Assembly (NCBI GenBank): GCA_951804945.1
Contig: OX638153.1
Coordinates: 15,004,001 to 15,068,000, forward strand
Direction of reading: 5' to 3'
Origin: Podarcis cretensis
Taxonomy: Eukaryota
Length of the DNA: 64,000 nt
Both the position numbers and the translations under genes were made by a program. Of this stretch, positions 13,801 through 26,435 are shown in pieces; positions within the stretch are counted from its first letter, which is position 1; every line of letters starts with the position of its first letter. The notes beneath the pieces are model-generated. The model was not told where the DNA came from, did not search any database, and saw only the letters and a program-made list of their open reading frames with translations.

Positions 13801-16800
13801 TAGTCTCATAGGTTGTCAAGTTCTTCTGCTATTATGCAAGTGTGATGCACAATAAAAAATGAATGACATCTTTCTTGCCTTCACAGAATTCGATTCTAAT
13901 TGCAGTGTGCGTTCACGATTTCTGTTTTTCTTTACCATGTGGGAAAGAGAGGGGAACAGTACTGAAGCCTGTGATTATCCACTACTGTCTCCTGTCTGCC
14001 AAAGTTACACCTGCCTATGAATTCCTCCTCTTCCTGTTGCTGCTGTTTTAACTTGCCACTTCTTGTGTTTTCCCAGATAACCCTCAGAGATCCCCTTGTG
14101 ACCCACCAATGGAACCCAGTGTCTTAAAGCAAGAAGGGAAAGTTCCTAGCCGACTAGCCCTTGGAAATAGAGGTGGCTACAATGGGAGGTGCTGGGGTTC
14201 CCCAGTCAGACAAAAAAAGAAGCACACAGGTAACTTTGAGCAGGGGGCACATAACTTTCTGCTGTCTCACTCTGCATGTTTTACATTTCTGGAATCACTT
14301 TCATGCATGTTAAATTGTTTGCTCTTTGTTGCACATTCATTTTGAATTGAATTAATATGGTGAACTTGTCTGTCTGCTTGTCTGTTAATATCCTAATCTA
14401 CTGTCACCTCCAGTATTTCTTACTGAAGCACAAATCTTCCCTGTTGGATCAGCACACTCAGTGAGGAATTCTCTGCTGCCAAAGTGAAGTTGGCCTAGCC
14501 CTCTCATTAGTTACTCCATAGCTTCATGGACTGGGGTTTCTAACCAGTTTTTAATGGTTACTAGGCTTACCTAAAGCAGTTCAGATTGTTTAAAGGAGGT
14601 AATCAAACTAATAAATGCTTAGATTCTGTTTCAGGTTTTTCGTTATTCTTTTAGCTCTCTGGTTCAGTTCCTCCACTCTGAATTCATATAGTAGAATATG
14701 TGCCTGTATAATTTGTGACCCGGCTTCCATACTTGTATCATAGTATGTCAAGTGCTTATTGTACTACCAAGTGAGCTTTAATGAGGCCCCAGTGGGTCAC
14801 TATGTAAGGCCACATTTGGCTTGCTGGGTTGCAAGTTGTGCAGGCTTGGATTAAGACTGTTACATTTGCAAAGTAATTAGTGGTGTGTGTATACAGTGGT
14901 GGACAGGACTCATAATTAATTAAGCTATTTTCTTTCTTTCTTTTTAATTGGGTGGAAAATAGTGGATTCTCCCATTGTTAAATTCTTTTAAAACAATTTT
15001 TTAAAATATTTAAACTAAGAAGTTAAAATTTTCCAAGATGCTATTGGCATGCACTAACCACATCTTCCAGATCTGTCAATCATATTTTTCCTACCGAGAG
15101 GACGACATTTCTTTTTATCTTGACTTACGCTGTAGAAACAGAAAACATTTAGCTTCTCTCTCTCTCTTTTTTTCTCCCCTCCCAACAGCGAAGGACAGCA
15201 AGCATAATGCCAGTATAAATATGTGGCATGGCTACATACAGAATACTGTGTACAGTTCTGGTCACCCCATCAAAACAAAAATAGGTAACTGAAAGTTAGA
15301 GGCAACCACATTACTGCTCTTTACTATGCAGAAAGGATACAAGTTGGCGGTCTTTTAGGTGGGATTGGGGAAGTAGTTGGGATGTGACAGTGTTTTATAA
15401 AACGATGAGTGGCTGGAAGTGGAAGGTAGACTTCTTTCAACACTAGAACTTGGGCATATTCCTTGAAGATGATTTTAAGTAAATTTAGGACTGCCAAAAT
15501 CAAGTATACATTATATAATGCATAATAGAGCTAAAAGATGGCCTCTGGTTTAGATAGCTTTGAAAGGGGGTTAAACAAAGCCTTTGTGAGACACTTTCCC
15601 TAAGAATATTAGACATGATGTTTAAATGGAAACTGCAGATTCAGAGGCAGGATATACCTGAAGATAAGAGTTGAAAGTGGCCCTTTAGGCCAACTCTCTC
15701 CTCGATGCAGGAAATCCTGAGCTAGAGCATTCCCGCCTTTGCTTAAAGACTCTCAGGGAATTATAGCTCTCTCCCACCCCCTCCCCAGCACTGGTTCTGT
15801 TCTTGAACTGCTTGAACTATCAATAAGTTTTTCATCATCTACCTTCCTCTCGCTTAAGTCCAGTAGATCTAGTCATAGCCCTCTCCTGTGTATTTGGGGA
15901 GTGTTATCATGGTCCCCACTCAGGCTTCTCTTCTCCAGGCTAAGCGCACCCAGTTTTTCAACCTTTCCTCATAGAACCTGTTTTCCATGCTGCTCACCAT
16001 TCTTGCTGCCTTCCCCTGCACCAGTTGCAGTTTGCCTAGACTCTTCTTAAAATGTGGCACCCAGAACTGCACACAGTACAATGGTATTCAGGCATAGACT
16101 CTCTTTTGAAAGAGAAGATTCCATTTAACTACATAGGCTTTGTTAGGCCCTACTCCCCCACCTGAATACCTCACTTTTCAGTGAGAATAAAGCAGCAGGT
16201 GCCTGTTGCTTTTTATTTCCTCCTTGTGACCAGAGGCATCTGGCTGACGGCTGCTGGAAATGTAATGCTGGATTTGACAGGTGTTTGCACCATTCAGCCA
16301 TTGCATAAACACTGGCTTACTTTGACTCCAAACCAGCACTTTTGGTTTGTTTCTCTCTAAACAAACCATGATGGCAAGCCAAAGTTTGTTCTTCTCTTGC
16401 TGATCATGGTTTGTTTGGGAGAAATAAACCATGAGTGTCGCTTCATATATTGCAGGGCGGCCGGCTTCCAAGAGACTGCGATCTACTCACAGAATTAAAA
16501 ACTGGCAGTGATCTACCCCCATTTTATTGGGGTTCAGGTCAAAGTTTTTTTTGGGGAGGGGAAAAGCCCTATTTTAGGGAGTTTGGGAGGCATAATTTGC
16601 TTAGCGTTGGGAGGGGGTGCGAAATGTTTTTACATTATTTTGGGGTGAAAGAAGGATTGCAGGGGGGGGGGGAAACAGCCTCGGTTTGTAAACTCCATCT
16701 TCCGTTCTCCAACAATGGAGGGCGAGGGTACAGGGCCGGAAGGGGGCCAGCGATTGACTGCGATCGACCAAAACCTCGCAGGGATCGACCAGTAGATTGG

Positions 16801-19800
16801 ACATCCCTGATAATTGCAATAAGCCAAGGCAGTGGTCTGTTGCTCCAAATTCAAGGAAGGGTAAAGCAGCACCAATTCAGCATGCTGCTATAAGTTCACT
16901 TAGATAATCTGAGGAAATTTTACTTGTGGCCTGAAAATGGGCATTTTCTGCTATTGCCCCCTCACTGTGGAATTCCCTTCCCTCAGCCATACATGAAGCA
17001 TCATCCATTAGTTGTTTCAGATACCTTGTGAAGTCATTTCTTTTTTTCCATGCTTTTCCTGACCCAACATGCTGCTTTACTGTTTTTTTTAATTATACTG
17101 CTTCATAGTTTTAGTGTTGCTTTTGTGTATTCTTCTTACAGATTTTTAAATATTAGGAGATTTAAATACTAAGTGGATTTAAGTAACGTGTCCCCACGGC
17201 AGCTTGAAAGCAAACCCATATAAAAATGGTGGACATCAAATACAAATAACAGTAGAAATTACAAAAGATACAACAGCAAGCGGGCAGCAAACCAAGAACA
17301 AGCTAAAACCAGTAAAAAGAACCTAAATACTGTTCAAGGCCTATAAGAATAAGTCAGGCTTCACCTGTTGCCTAAAGGTGAATGAGTGCTTTGGGTGAAT
17401 GTGCCTAGGGAGAGTTGCAGAGCCCAAGTACAACTAAAGAAAAAAGTCCTCTCTCAACATAGGCACCTGCCTAATTTCTGAAGGTGGGATGGTGAAGGGC
17501 CTCTGAAGATTATCTCAGCTGACAAAAGGGAGAGAACAGTTCTTAACATGGCCCAGGCTGTTTAAGCTTTAAAGATTTGTTCTGGCTCACTGAAAAGATA
17601 CTCACTTCCACCACATTTTCAGTAATCCCCAACACACCTGCAAAGTAAGATAGCATCCCTCACCTAGTAGGTTCATGGCTCATATAAGTTTGAATTAGTG
17701 ACGTCTGAGATTTTGGTATATCAGCTCTCTAGCTTTTCTTGTCAGCTTACATCTCTAGGTTCTGACTTACTTGAAATGTTTCAGCTTGTTTTTTGGGGTG
17801 GGGTGGGGGGTGGGGGAGAAGAACGTTCCCTGTTGTAAAACTGTGGTTTTGTGTACTGCCCACCTGCTCACCTGCTGCTGTGCCCTTTGACTGTGGCGTT
17901 GCAGGAATGGCCAGCATTGACAGCAGTGCTCCAGAAACCACCTCGGACAGTTCTCCAACCCTCAGCAGGCGGCCTCTGCGGGGAGGGTGGGCAGCCACTT
18001 CCTGGGGCAGAGGGCAGGACAGCGATAGCATCAGTAGCTCTTCCAGCGACTCCCTGGGCTCATCATCCTCCAGTGGAAGCAGGAGAGCTAGTGGAGGAGC
18101 ACGTGCAAAGACGGTGGAGGTCGGCAGGTAAGAGCTGCTGTCTGTTTTCCAAAGTTGTGCATCTTTTCAGTATTTGGATCTCCCAAGGATGAGATTGTTG
18201 GATGAAGGGCAGTATATTTAATAAAATAAAATAAAAGGTTATCTTCATTAGAAATATATCACAAGGAGGCTTTTCACCCAGACCCTGCAATCATAATCTT
18301 TGTGTGCAGGGGGACCAAGGTGAATAAAAACTGGGGGGGGGGGGCAGCAATGCCTACCAACTTTGGGAGGGTTGGTCCCCTCAAATATTTTCTTGGAGTG
18401 GCTGAATGGAGATGGGATCTCCAGGGAGACTGACCTGGGGCCTTTGTTACATATCTTTAGGTCCCTGGTGAAAATGTTCCTCTTCAACCAGGCATTTGGC
18501 TGATTAACATTCTATGGCCTTTTAAATGTGTTTGAGGGATGGGGGTTACTGTTTTTGTTTTGTTTTTTTGTTTTATTATGTATTTTGTCTTCTCATTTTG
18601 TATTTTTATGTTCTGAACTGCCCTGTGATCTTTGGATGAAGGGTAATAGAATAATAAGTTGGGAGTCTCAAGGGGAGAGCCAGGCAGAATTAGACCTAGA
18701 AATTCAGCAAGTGAACTCACTATTACTTTTTTGGCCGCACTCATTTTGAAATTATAAATGAGTGCTCCTTTGATCACTGGGGTCATATGACAAGAGCAAA
18801 TAGTGAAGTATTCTCAGTAGCGGCCCAGTTCTTGCAGAGTTTCTTCTCTGGAGAGTCTGCAAAGTCTGAACATTTTATCTTTTGGAAAACCCACAATATG
18901 ATGCCTTATCTGAGCTTCCTTTCTATGGTGGGTGTGCAAGTTTAGTCTTAAGTTCACTTCATACATATTTCACTCTGTTCCTTTCAGGTATAAGGGCAGG
19001 CGTCCAGAGAGCCATGCTCCTCATGTCCCAAATCAGCCCTCGGAAGCAGCTGCACATTTCTATTTTGAGCTGGCCAAGACCGTTCTCATCAAGGCGGGTG
19101 GAAACAGCAGTACTTCCATTTTCACCCACCCATCCTCTAGTGGCGGCCACCAGGGTCCTCATCGCAACCTCCACCTCTGCGCCTTCGAGATTGGTCTCTA
19201 TGCACTGGGCTTGCACAACTTTGTCTCTCCCAACTGGCTGTCTCGAACCTATTCCTCCCATGTCTCTTGGATTACAGGTAGGAACCAGGGTGCTCCAACC
19301 AGGTTTGGTTTTTAGGAATCCTTCCTTAGAGGGTGACCTTGCTTAACTACAAACTTTTAAGAACTCCTGGCTAAATTTGCTAGCACAATCTGTATAGCCG
19401 AGTTTACAGTTTGGGAAACCTCTGGGTAATTATGACCATAGAATCATGGCGCCAGAAGGGATCAGGTTGCCACAGTTGATTGCTGTTGATTGACACCAAG
19501 CCTTGCTTGCCAAGGAGCAATCAGGACTACACTTTAAGCCAGTCAGTGTCTCATTTGCAGTTGTGTCTCTAACTTCCTCACAACTGACATCACTGATGCT
19601 GTCAGGTGTGGTGCAGGTGAACATGGGTTTTGGGGGGGAATGGCCTTGTGGGGCAAATTGGGACCTATGGAAGACCTAATTTGGCCGGTGAGCTGGAGGT
19701 TCCCTACCCCTGTTCAAAAGAGTTACATCTGTAGCCCTTTAGCAAATGTCTTCGGTGTCCTCTGCTTTTTGACACTAACATGAAAGGAAGTTTCCAAGCG

Positions 19801-19986
19801 CTACTACAAAACTCGTAGATTTTATATATAAACGTATTATTTTATCTGTTGTGGGGTTGATTAGCCAGAGAGAGACATGCAGCTTGCCCAGAGCCATCCA
19901 AAGAAACTCAGGAGTAAAAAGCAATTTAATCCTGGCTTTCCTGAATTTGGATGCATCAACTTTCTTTTAGGTTTAACTTTGTCTTG

Positions 19987-20029
<43 letters not shown>

Positions 20030-23000
20030 TAGATAGAAAGTGCTTAATCTCACAAGGATACGGGTTTATCTTACATCACTATATTGTGTTGCCTTCACCC
20101 TTCCTCTTCCCTGCTTTTGTTCCCCTTGTCGGCATTTCGAAAGAGGGTCTTTGTACATGATCCCTAGTGTGCCCAAGTGTAAAATAGCTTGCAATCTTTG
20201 TACTTGTTATAAGCACTCAAGAGAAATCCATATGTGGCTTTAACTAGGTAAGAATGAGATATGAAACATGAGTTTAGAAGCCTTGATGGTCCAGCACAGG
20301 AGCTTCCAACCTTTCTGTCCCCAGAGATACATATGGAGTTTCCACAAATGGTTGTAGGTGCCACCACATAATTGCTGACATGGAGAGTTTTGCCAGTCAC
20401 AAAATGTCTGCTGTGGCCTCTGGGAAGCAGCCCAGTATCTTGCCGCTTCGTTTTTCCTTTCAGAATGCTTTCCTGTCTTCCCTCCAGGTTGCTCTGCTTT
20501 TTGCTTGGGTGGCAAGATCAGCCTAGCAAGCTAGAGAATTTGTAAGAGGAAGTAGAAAGGAGCAATGCTTCACCCACTTCCTCTCTCAGATCTCTTCAGA
20601 TCACTGCAAACAGGAGGAAAAAGACAACTCCTGGTGAAGGGGAGCAGCGGGGGAATAGGTTTCATGGGTGTTTGGAGAGGCGTTCATTGGTGCCATTGTG
20701 CCTATGGGGCACCACATTCAGAGCCCAGGGTTTAGTAGGTAGATGTTTGGCTGAGTACTTGGGAGACCTTTGAGTTCAGATCCCAGCAATGGTCTGGGCC
20801 AGTCGCATTTTCAGTTTCCCAGTTGCAAACTTGGAAATTTGATGCAGTTGGGAACCTGGGAAGCTGCAAAGGCAAACAAGGTAAACTCAAATCTAGCAGA
20901 ATTATTGCTTTTCCACTAGTAGCATAAAGGTAAGCATCATAGATGGGAAAAACTAATACAGAAGGGAGCTCTGGTAGAACCACTTGCACTACTGCAAATG
21001 GATTTTTGTTTTTGCAGAGGCAGACTCCTGACAACTGGAGAACAGAAGTCACCTACAGAATATTGAGGCTCCTCTATATAAGGAGTTTATTGCTGAAAGG
21101 GTCTCTTTTGGTTAGCTTACCAATGCCAGGATATTTATATTACCAGAACTGCTTTATGAGTGCTTGCTGTAATGACCTGAACATACATCTAAGCTTTAAT
21201 GTATTTGTCGCAGCCTGCGTTTATTGCATTGCATTTCTCTCTAGCCGCACTGCTTACAACCCCCACCTCCATGTGTGTACCTGCCAATTCAGGATATTGC
21301 ACTCTCATCCATGAAAGCCTATGCCATAATACGTGTATTGAGTCTTGTAGGCACCTGAATACTTTGTTGTGCACCCTTTTTTCTCTGGTTTCTAGGGCAA
21401 GCCATGGAGATTGGCAGTGCAGCCTTGAACATCCTGGTGGAGTGCTGGGATGGGCACCTGACCCCACCGGAGGTAGCGTCCCTGGCTGACAGGGCTTCCA
21501 GAGCTAGGGATTCCAACATGGTGCGAGCAGCCGCTGAGCTGGCATTGAGCTGCTTGCCGCACGCCCACGCCTTGAACCCAAACGAGATCCAGAGAGCCCT
21601 GGTCCAGTGCAAGGAGCAGGTGAGCAGTTCAGAGGTCTCTGTTGTCAGGCGCCCAGCTGCTTCTTGCCTTTGAGCAATTGGGTTCGTCTGTTCCTTCTTT
21701 TTGCATTTAGTGTTGCAGTCTTTTAGTGTTTGCATTTAGTGTTGTCTGAGGTCTTTAAAAAATTTATTAAAAAAACTGGAGCCCCAAAATGCTAGCGAGA
21801 TAAATGTTTTGGATTTTTAAAGTCAGGAGTTTGTCTCCAAAAGCTCCAAAGGAACAACTTAAATAACTGCCACCACTCTAAGTTATTTTGTGGTATTCCA
21901 AAGTAAAATAAATTTATTTTGATCCACTAAATTTCTTATATGGGTGCCCTTATATTTTCTCCATACACTCATCCAATATTTTCTGTATTAGAATTTGGCC
22001 GTTAATGAAATATGGACCTTACACTTCAATATAGGTATTTCTGCTTTATAATGCAGCCATATGCACCTAGCTATTGTAACAGGCCTCCTGTGCATAGGCA
22101 TCTGCATGGATTTTTCTCGGGTAGGGTGAAAAGTGCATATTCCTAATACATTGATATAAATAACTAGCACCAGGGAGCTAGTTTTCCATTTCTGGTAGAT
22201 CTGCCGACTGAATGGTGATGAGACCTGGAGAGACCTGGCCTCTTAGAAATCAGCAGAACAGGCCTTACCCCTCTGTTGCTTTTCATGCTGTTCATTGACA
22301 TATTGACTTGGCACCCAGATGGACATACACTGCCACTCACACCTAAAAACCTCAGTCCTTTCAATTGGCTCTCTGCACCCACCTCAGCCATTAATTGCAC
22401 TGCTTCCACAATCAACTTCACACATCACATTTTGCTCCCCCCCCCCCAAAAAAAATCCCCATTCTAGGATAAAACACTAGGTTACACTTTAAGGTTGTTA
22501 TTCACACACTCACATGCCAACAAGATGGGTATAATTGGGTTACCTTGCAGGGCTGGTATGTCAGCCATCTAGTGATGTTTTGTACTAAATCAAATAAATA
22601 AATAACACACTCTTAGCCACATTTTAAAATGTTTACAAACTCATGGGTGAAATCACTGTTTTTTAGTTTCTATGAAATAAGATTAGAGAGAGAAAAACAT
22701 GAACTTCCATCTTTGCTGTTATTTTTTGCTCCTGCTTACCTTTTACCAACTCACAGTTACAGTACAATCCTGGATATCTGAAGGCCAGCAGGAAAGACTT
22801 AGAAAGGAACCAGATCTTTCTATATAGACATATATGGGACATGTCATTCTACCCTTCTATTTGTCTGCTTGGTTAGGTCTGCTTTCTTAAATATCAGACA
22901 GCTATGACACTCATTGGCTAAAAACACTGAAAGGCAGGAGCAAGTTAGTTTTCCACAGGAGAGCGCATGCGCATTCTGCCTCATTATTATTTTTTAAATA

Positions 23001-26000
23001 ATTTTTATTCATTTTTCAAACACATAATAAAAACAAAGCGCAAAACAGAAAGTCAAAACACAAAACAAAAACATACAAAACATTTAAACAAATATAACTT
23101 CAAAATTGTATTTTCATACCCTTCTTTCCTTCGACTTCCCCATACCTCCCTGTCCCTGCATCCTTGTTTTGTAATTCTTTAGCAACCCTTTGGTCAATTT
23201 ATCCTGATTCCCTTTCATTAAATTTCCTTTAGTTTTTTAGTTACAGCTGTAATTCTCTGTTTCTTACCCCTTGACATCTTAGCATTCCTCAATTTTGCAA
23301 CAGTTTTTAAGATATATTTTAAATTTCTTCCAGTCCTCTTCCACTGTCTCCTTCCCCTGGTCACGGATTCTGCCCGTCATCTCAGCCAGTCCCATAAAGT
23401 CCATCACCTTTGTTTGCCATTCTTCCAGAGTAGGTAGTTCTTGCATCTTCCAATACTTCGCCAGTAGAATTCTTGCTGCTGTGGTAGCATACATAAAGAA
23501 AATCCTATCCTTCTTTAACACCAATTGGCCAACCATGCCCAAGAGAAAAGCCTCTGGTTTCTTAGGAAAAGTCCACTTAAGGACTTTCTTAATTTCATGC
23601 GCATTCTGCCTCATAACTTGGGTTCTACAAGTGCTGGAGGGTTTTGTTTTTAAATATAAGCTGGAGATCCAAGAAATATGACTCCTCCCTGTAGACACCC
23701 ATGCTCCTGCAGATGCCATCTGGGGAGATGTGGGTGGCTATCAAAGAGGGACCCTTCTTGATGTGGCATCACACTTGTGGAATGCTCTTTCCAGACAGGG
23801 TTGGCTGACGCCTGTCTTAATGCCGTTTTTGTCCCAGGCAGAGTCTTTTTTATTTTATTTTACCAAGCTCTTTAGGGTAGAATTCTATAAGGTTGACTGT
23901 TTGGTTCAGAGGTATTTGCTTGATTGCAATCACACTTTAATTGTAAATTGCAAAGGGCAGTATAAAACACCTTAAATCATCACTACCTTTCCTAATATTG
24001 CAGGATAATCTAATGCTGGAGAAGGCATGCTTGGCAGTAGAGGAGGCAGCCAAAGGAGGCGGTGTTTACCCTGAAGTCCTGTTTGAAGTTGCTCACCAGT
24101 GGTACTGGTTGTACGAACAAACTGTTGGTGGAACTCTTGCTCAGAGAGAGGGAGCCACAGGCTGCAGTGCAAGTGGAGCCCGGGCATCCTGCGAAGCAGT
24201 GCGTGGACTGGCAGATACCAGAGTGACGTCAGAACCCACCACAGTGACTGTCGCAGCTGCGGTGACAGCAGCAGCAACGGTGGTGCCCGTAATTTCGGTG
24301 GGGTCGACAATCTACCAGCAGCACACCATGGCGGGGCCAGCAATGGCACATGCGCACACCCAGGGTCTGCACCCTTATACAACACTCCAGACCCACATCC
24401 CTTGCAATCCTCAGTATATCGGGCACCCTATCCAGCACATGCCACGCCCGGCGGTCTTTCCTGTTCCTGGCTCAGCTTATCCCCAAGTAAGTTATCTTTT
24501 GTAGGGTAAGCGTCTTAGGGGGAACATCTTTTTCTGTCATCCCTAGCGTTGTGGCTCCTATAGATGAATAGAAGGATGGCAAGCCGAATTATTTAGTTTT
24601 GCTGGTTTCAGTGTGGGACCATAACGAAAAGGGTGAAAGCACAGCACTAGGATGTGCCAAGGATGAAACTTGGGACCCTGTGCATGCAGATGGCAGCTGG
24701 AAAAGCCCCTGTCCAAGCCCTTAGAGTCACTTCTACTTAGGGGCAGTAATGGATTAAAGGGACCAAAAGTCCGAATCTTTGTATAAAGATGCATTTTTTT
24801 GTGGATATATATCTCATTGTTGCTCTCCCTGTTTGTGTCAGAATTATTAAATTTGTACTAATTTACAAATTGTTAGTATTTACTGATAAATCTTACATTT
24901 TCTCATGCCAGTTTATGGGGGTGGGGAGAATGCCTAAGATAGGCATAGTGGCTATTTTGTCTCCCGTCACATTCCTCCTCCTTGGAAGAATTTTGCTTAG
25001 AATGGCCCAGTGAGCATGGTGAGGGTTCTAGGCTTTCAGGAGTTGGGTTGGAAATGGAGTTCTTGGTACTAGATAGTTGGGTTGCTTGGAGGCCCCTCCT
25101 GAAAAACCCTGCCTTGTGTTTTGGGCGCAAGGCAGGCTTACCCTGTCCTCTTCCTTTGCAGGGTGTCCACCCAGCATTCATTGGAGCACAGTACCCATAC
25201 TCGGTCACTACCCCGTCTTTGGCAGCTACAGCAGTGTCCTTCCCGGGAGTGCCTGTCCCATCCATGACGCAGATCGCTGTGCATCCATACCATGCTGAGA
25301 CCGGGCTGTCTCTGTCTTCCAATGTAGCAAGTGAGTATTTCAGTCTTGCTGTGTCTTGTGTAGCGTCCTAGCTGAATGGTGGTTCTAGTTTTGCTGAGGC
25401 TTATGGAGCTCACCTACTGTGACACAGGAAGAGGGGTGCTTTTTTGTGCTACTATGAACCCCGAGACATGTAGGTGTCTGACTTAAGTGCAAGAGGAAAT
25501 TGGCCTCGGTGGAATCCCTAGTCATAAACCTTCATATTGTTCTGAAGCATATGAGGAAAGAAGATGGCAAGATGAACACAAGTGACTTTTTCTGTTAGGT
25601 TTCCTTGCAGGCTTGAGGGGGGCGGGACAACTGGTCTCTGCGCCTCTACAATGCAATCTCTGGGTGCATACAACATTTTTAAAATTTGTTAAGGGTTTCA
25701 TTTATGCTTTAAAAAAACAACCATATACACCATGTTTAAAATGAAAACATATTGCCAGCACAATCCCTTTATTCTCTTAGGAAATTATGAAAATTATGAA
25801 AACAGCGACTATTAGGTAGAATCCTTAGGCTACAAATGAGAAAGAGCCCTCCATGAATCCTTAAAACTTCTCAGGCTTGGGAGTAAACAGCATTAAGTGG
25901 GACTTTCTTAAAATTGACCTGCAGTGGTCTGTAGCAGGTGGGATGTTGGTCTACCAAACATGGTATAGCTATTACTAGGTTTCCAAAGATTGTGTCATGA

Positions 26001-26383
26001 AATTGCACATCTAAAGAAAGGGGTGGTTGGCCTGTGGGTGCAATGACCCCTGTAAGAAAGTCTCTTGGTGTAGACTCAGTGTCCCCTTCACCCACTTACT
26101 GTCCCCTGACTGCTAGCTCCCCCCCCTCAAAGTGCATGGAGTTGTAGGAAGAAATTGGAAGTGGTTCTCTTTCAGTTCTATATTTTCCAAGGCTTGGATC
26201 AGCAGCTGATTGGCAAGCAGAGTGACTGAGAGGGTAGGAGGGAAAGGGCATTAGTCTGAGAGACTGGGCAAAAGAAAATGTGAGTAGCCTGCAGGGAAGA
26301 AGTGAGGCATCACAGGAGTCAGGAGCAAGAGAATGGAGTGCCAGGGAGGGAAGGCAAATGTGCAGCCAAGGTGAATGCAGTAA

Positions 26384-26435
<52 letters not shown>

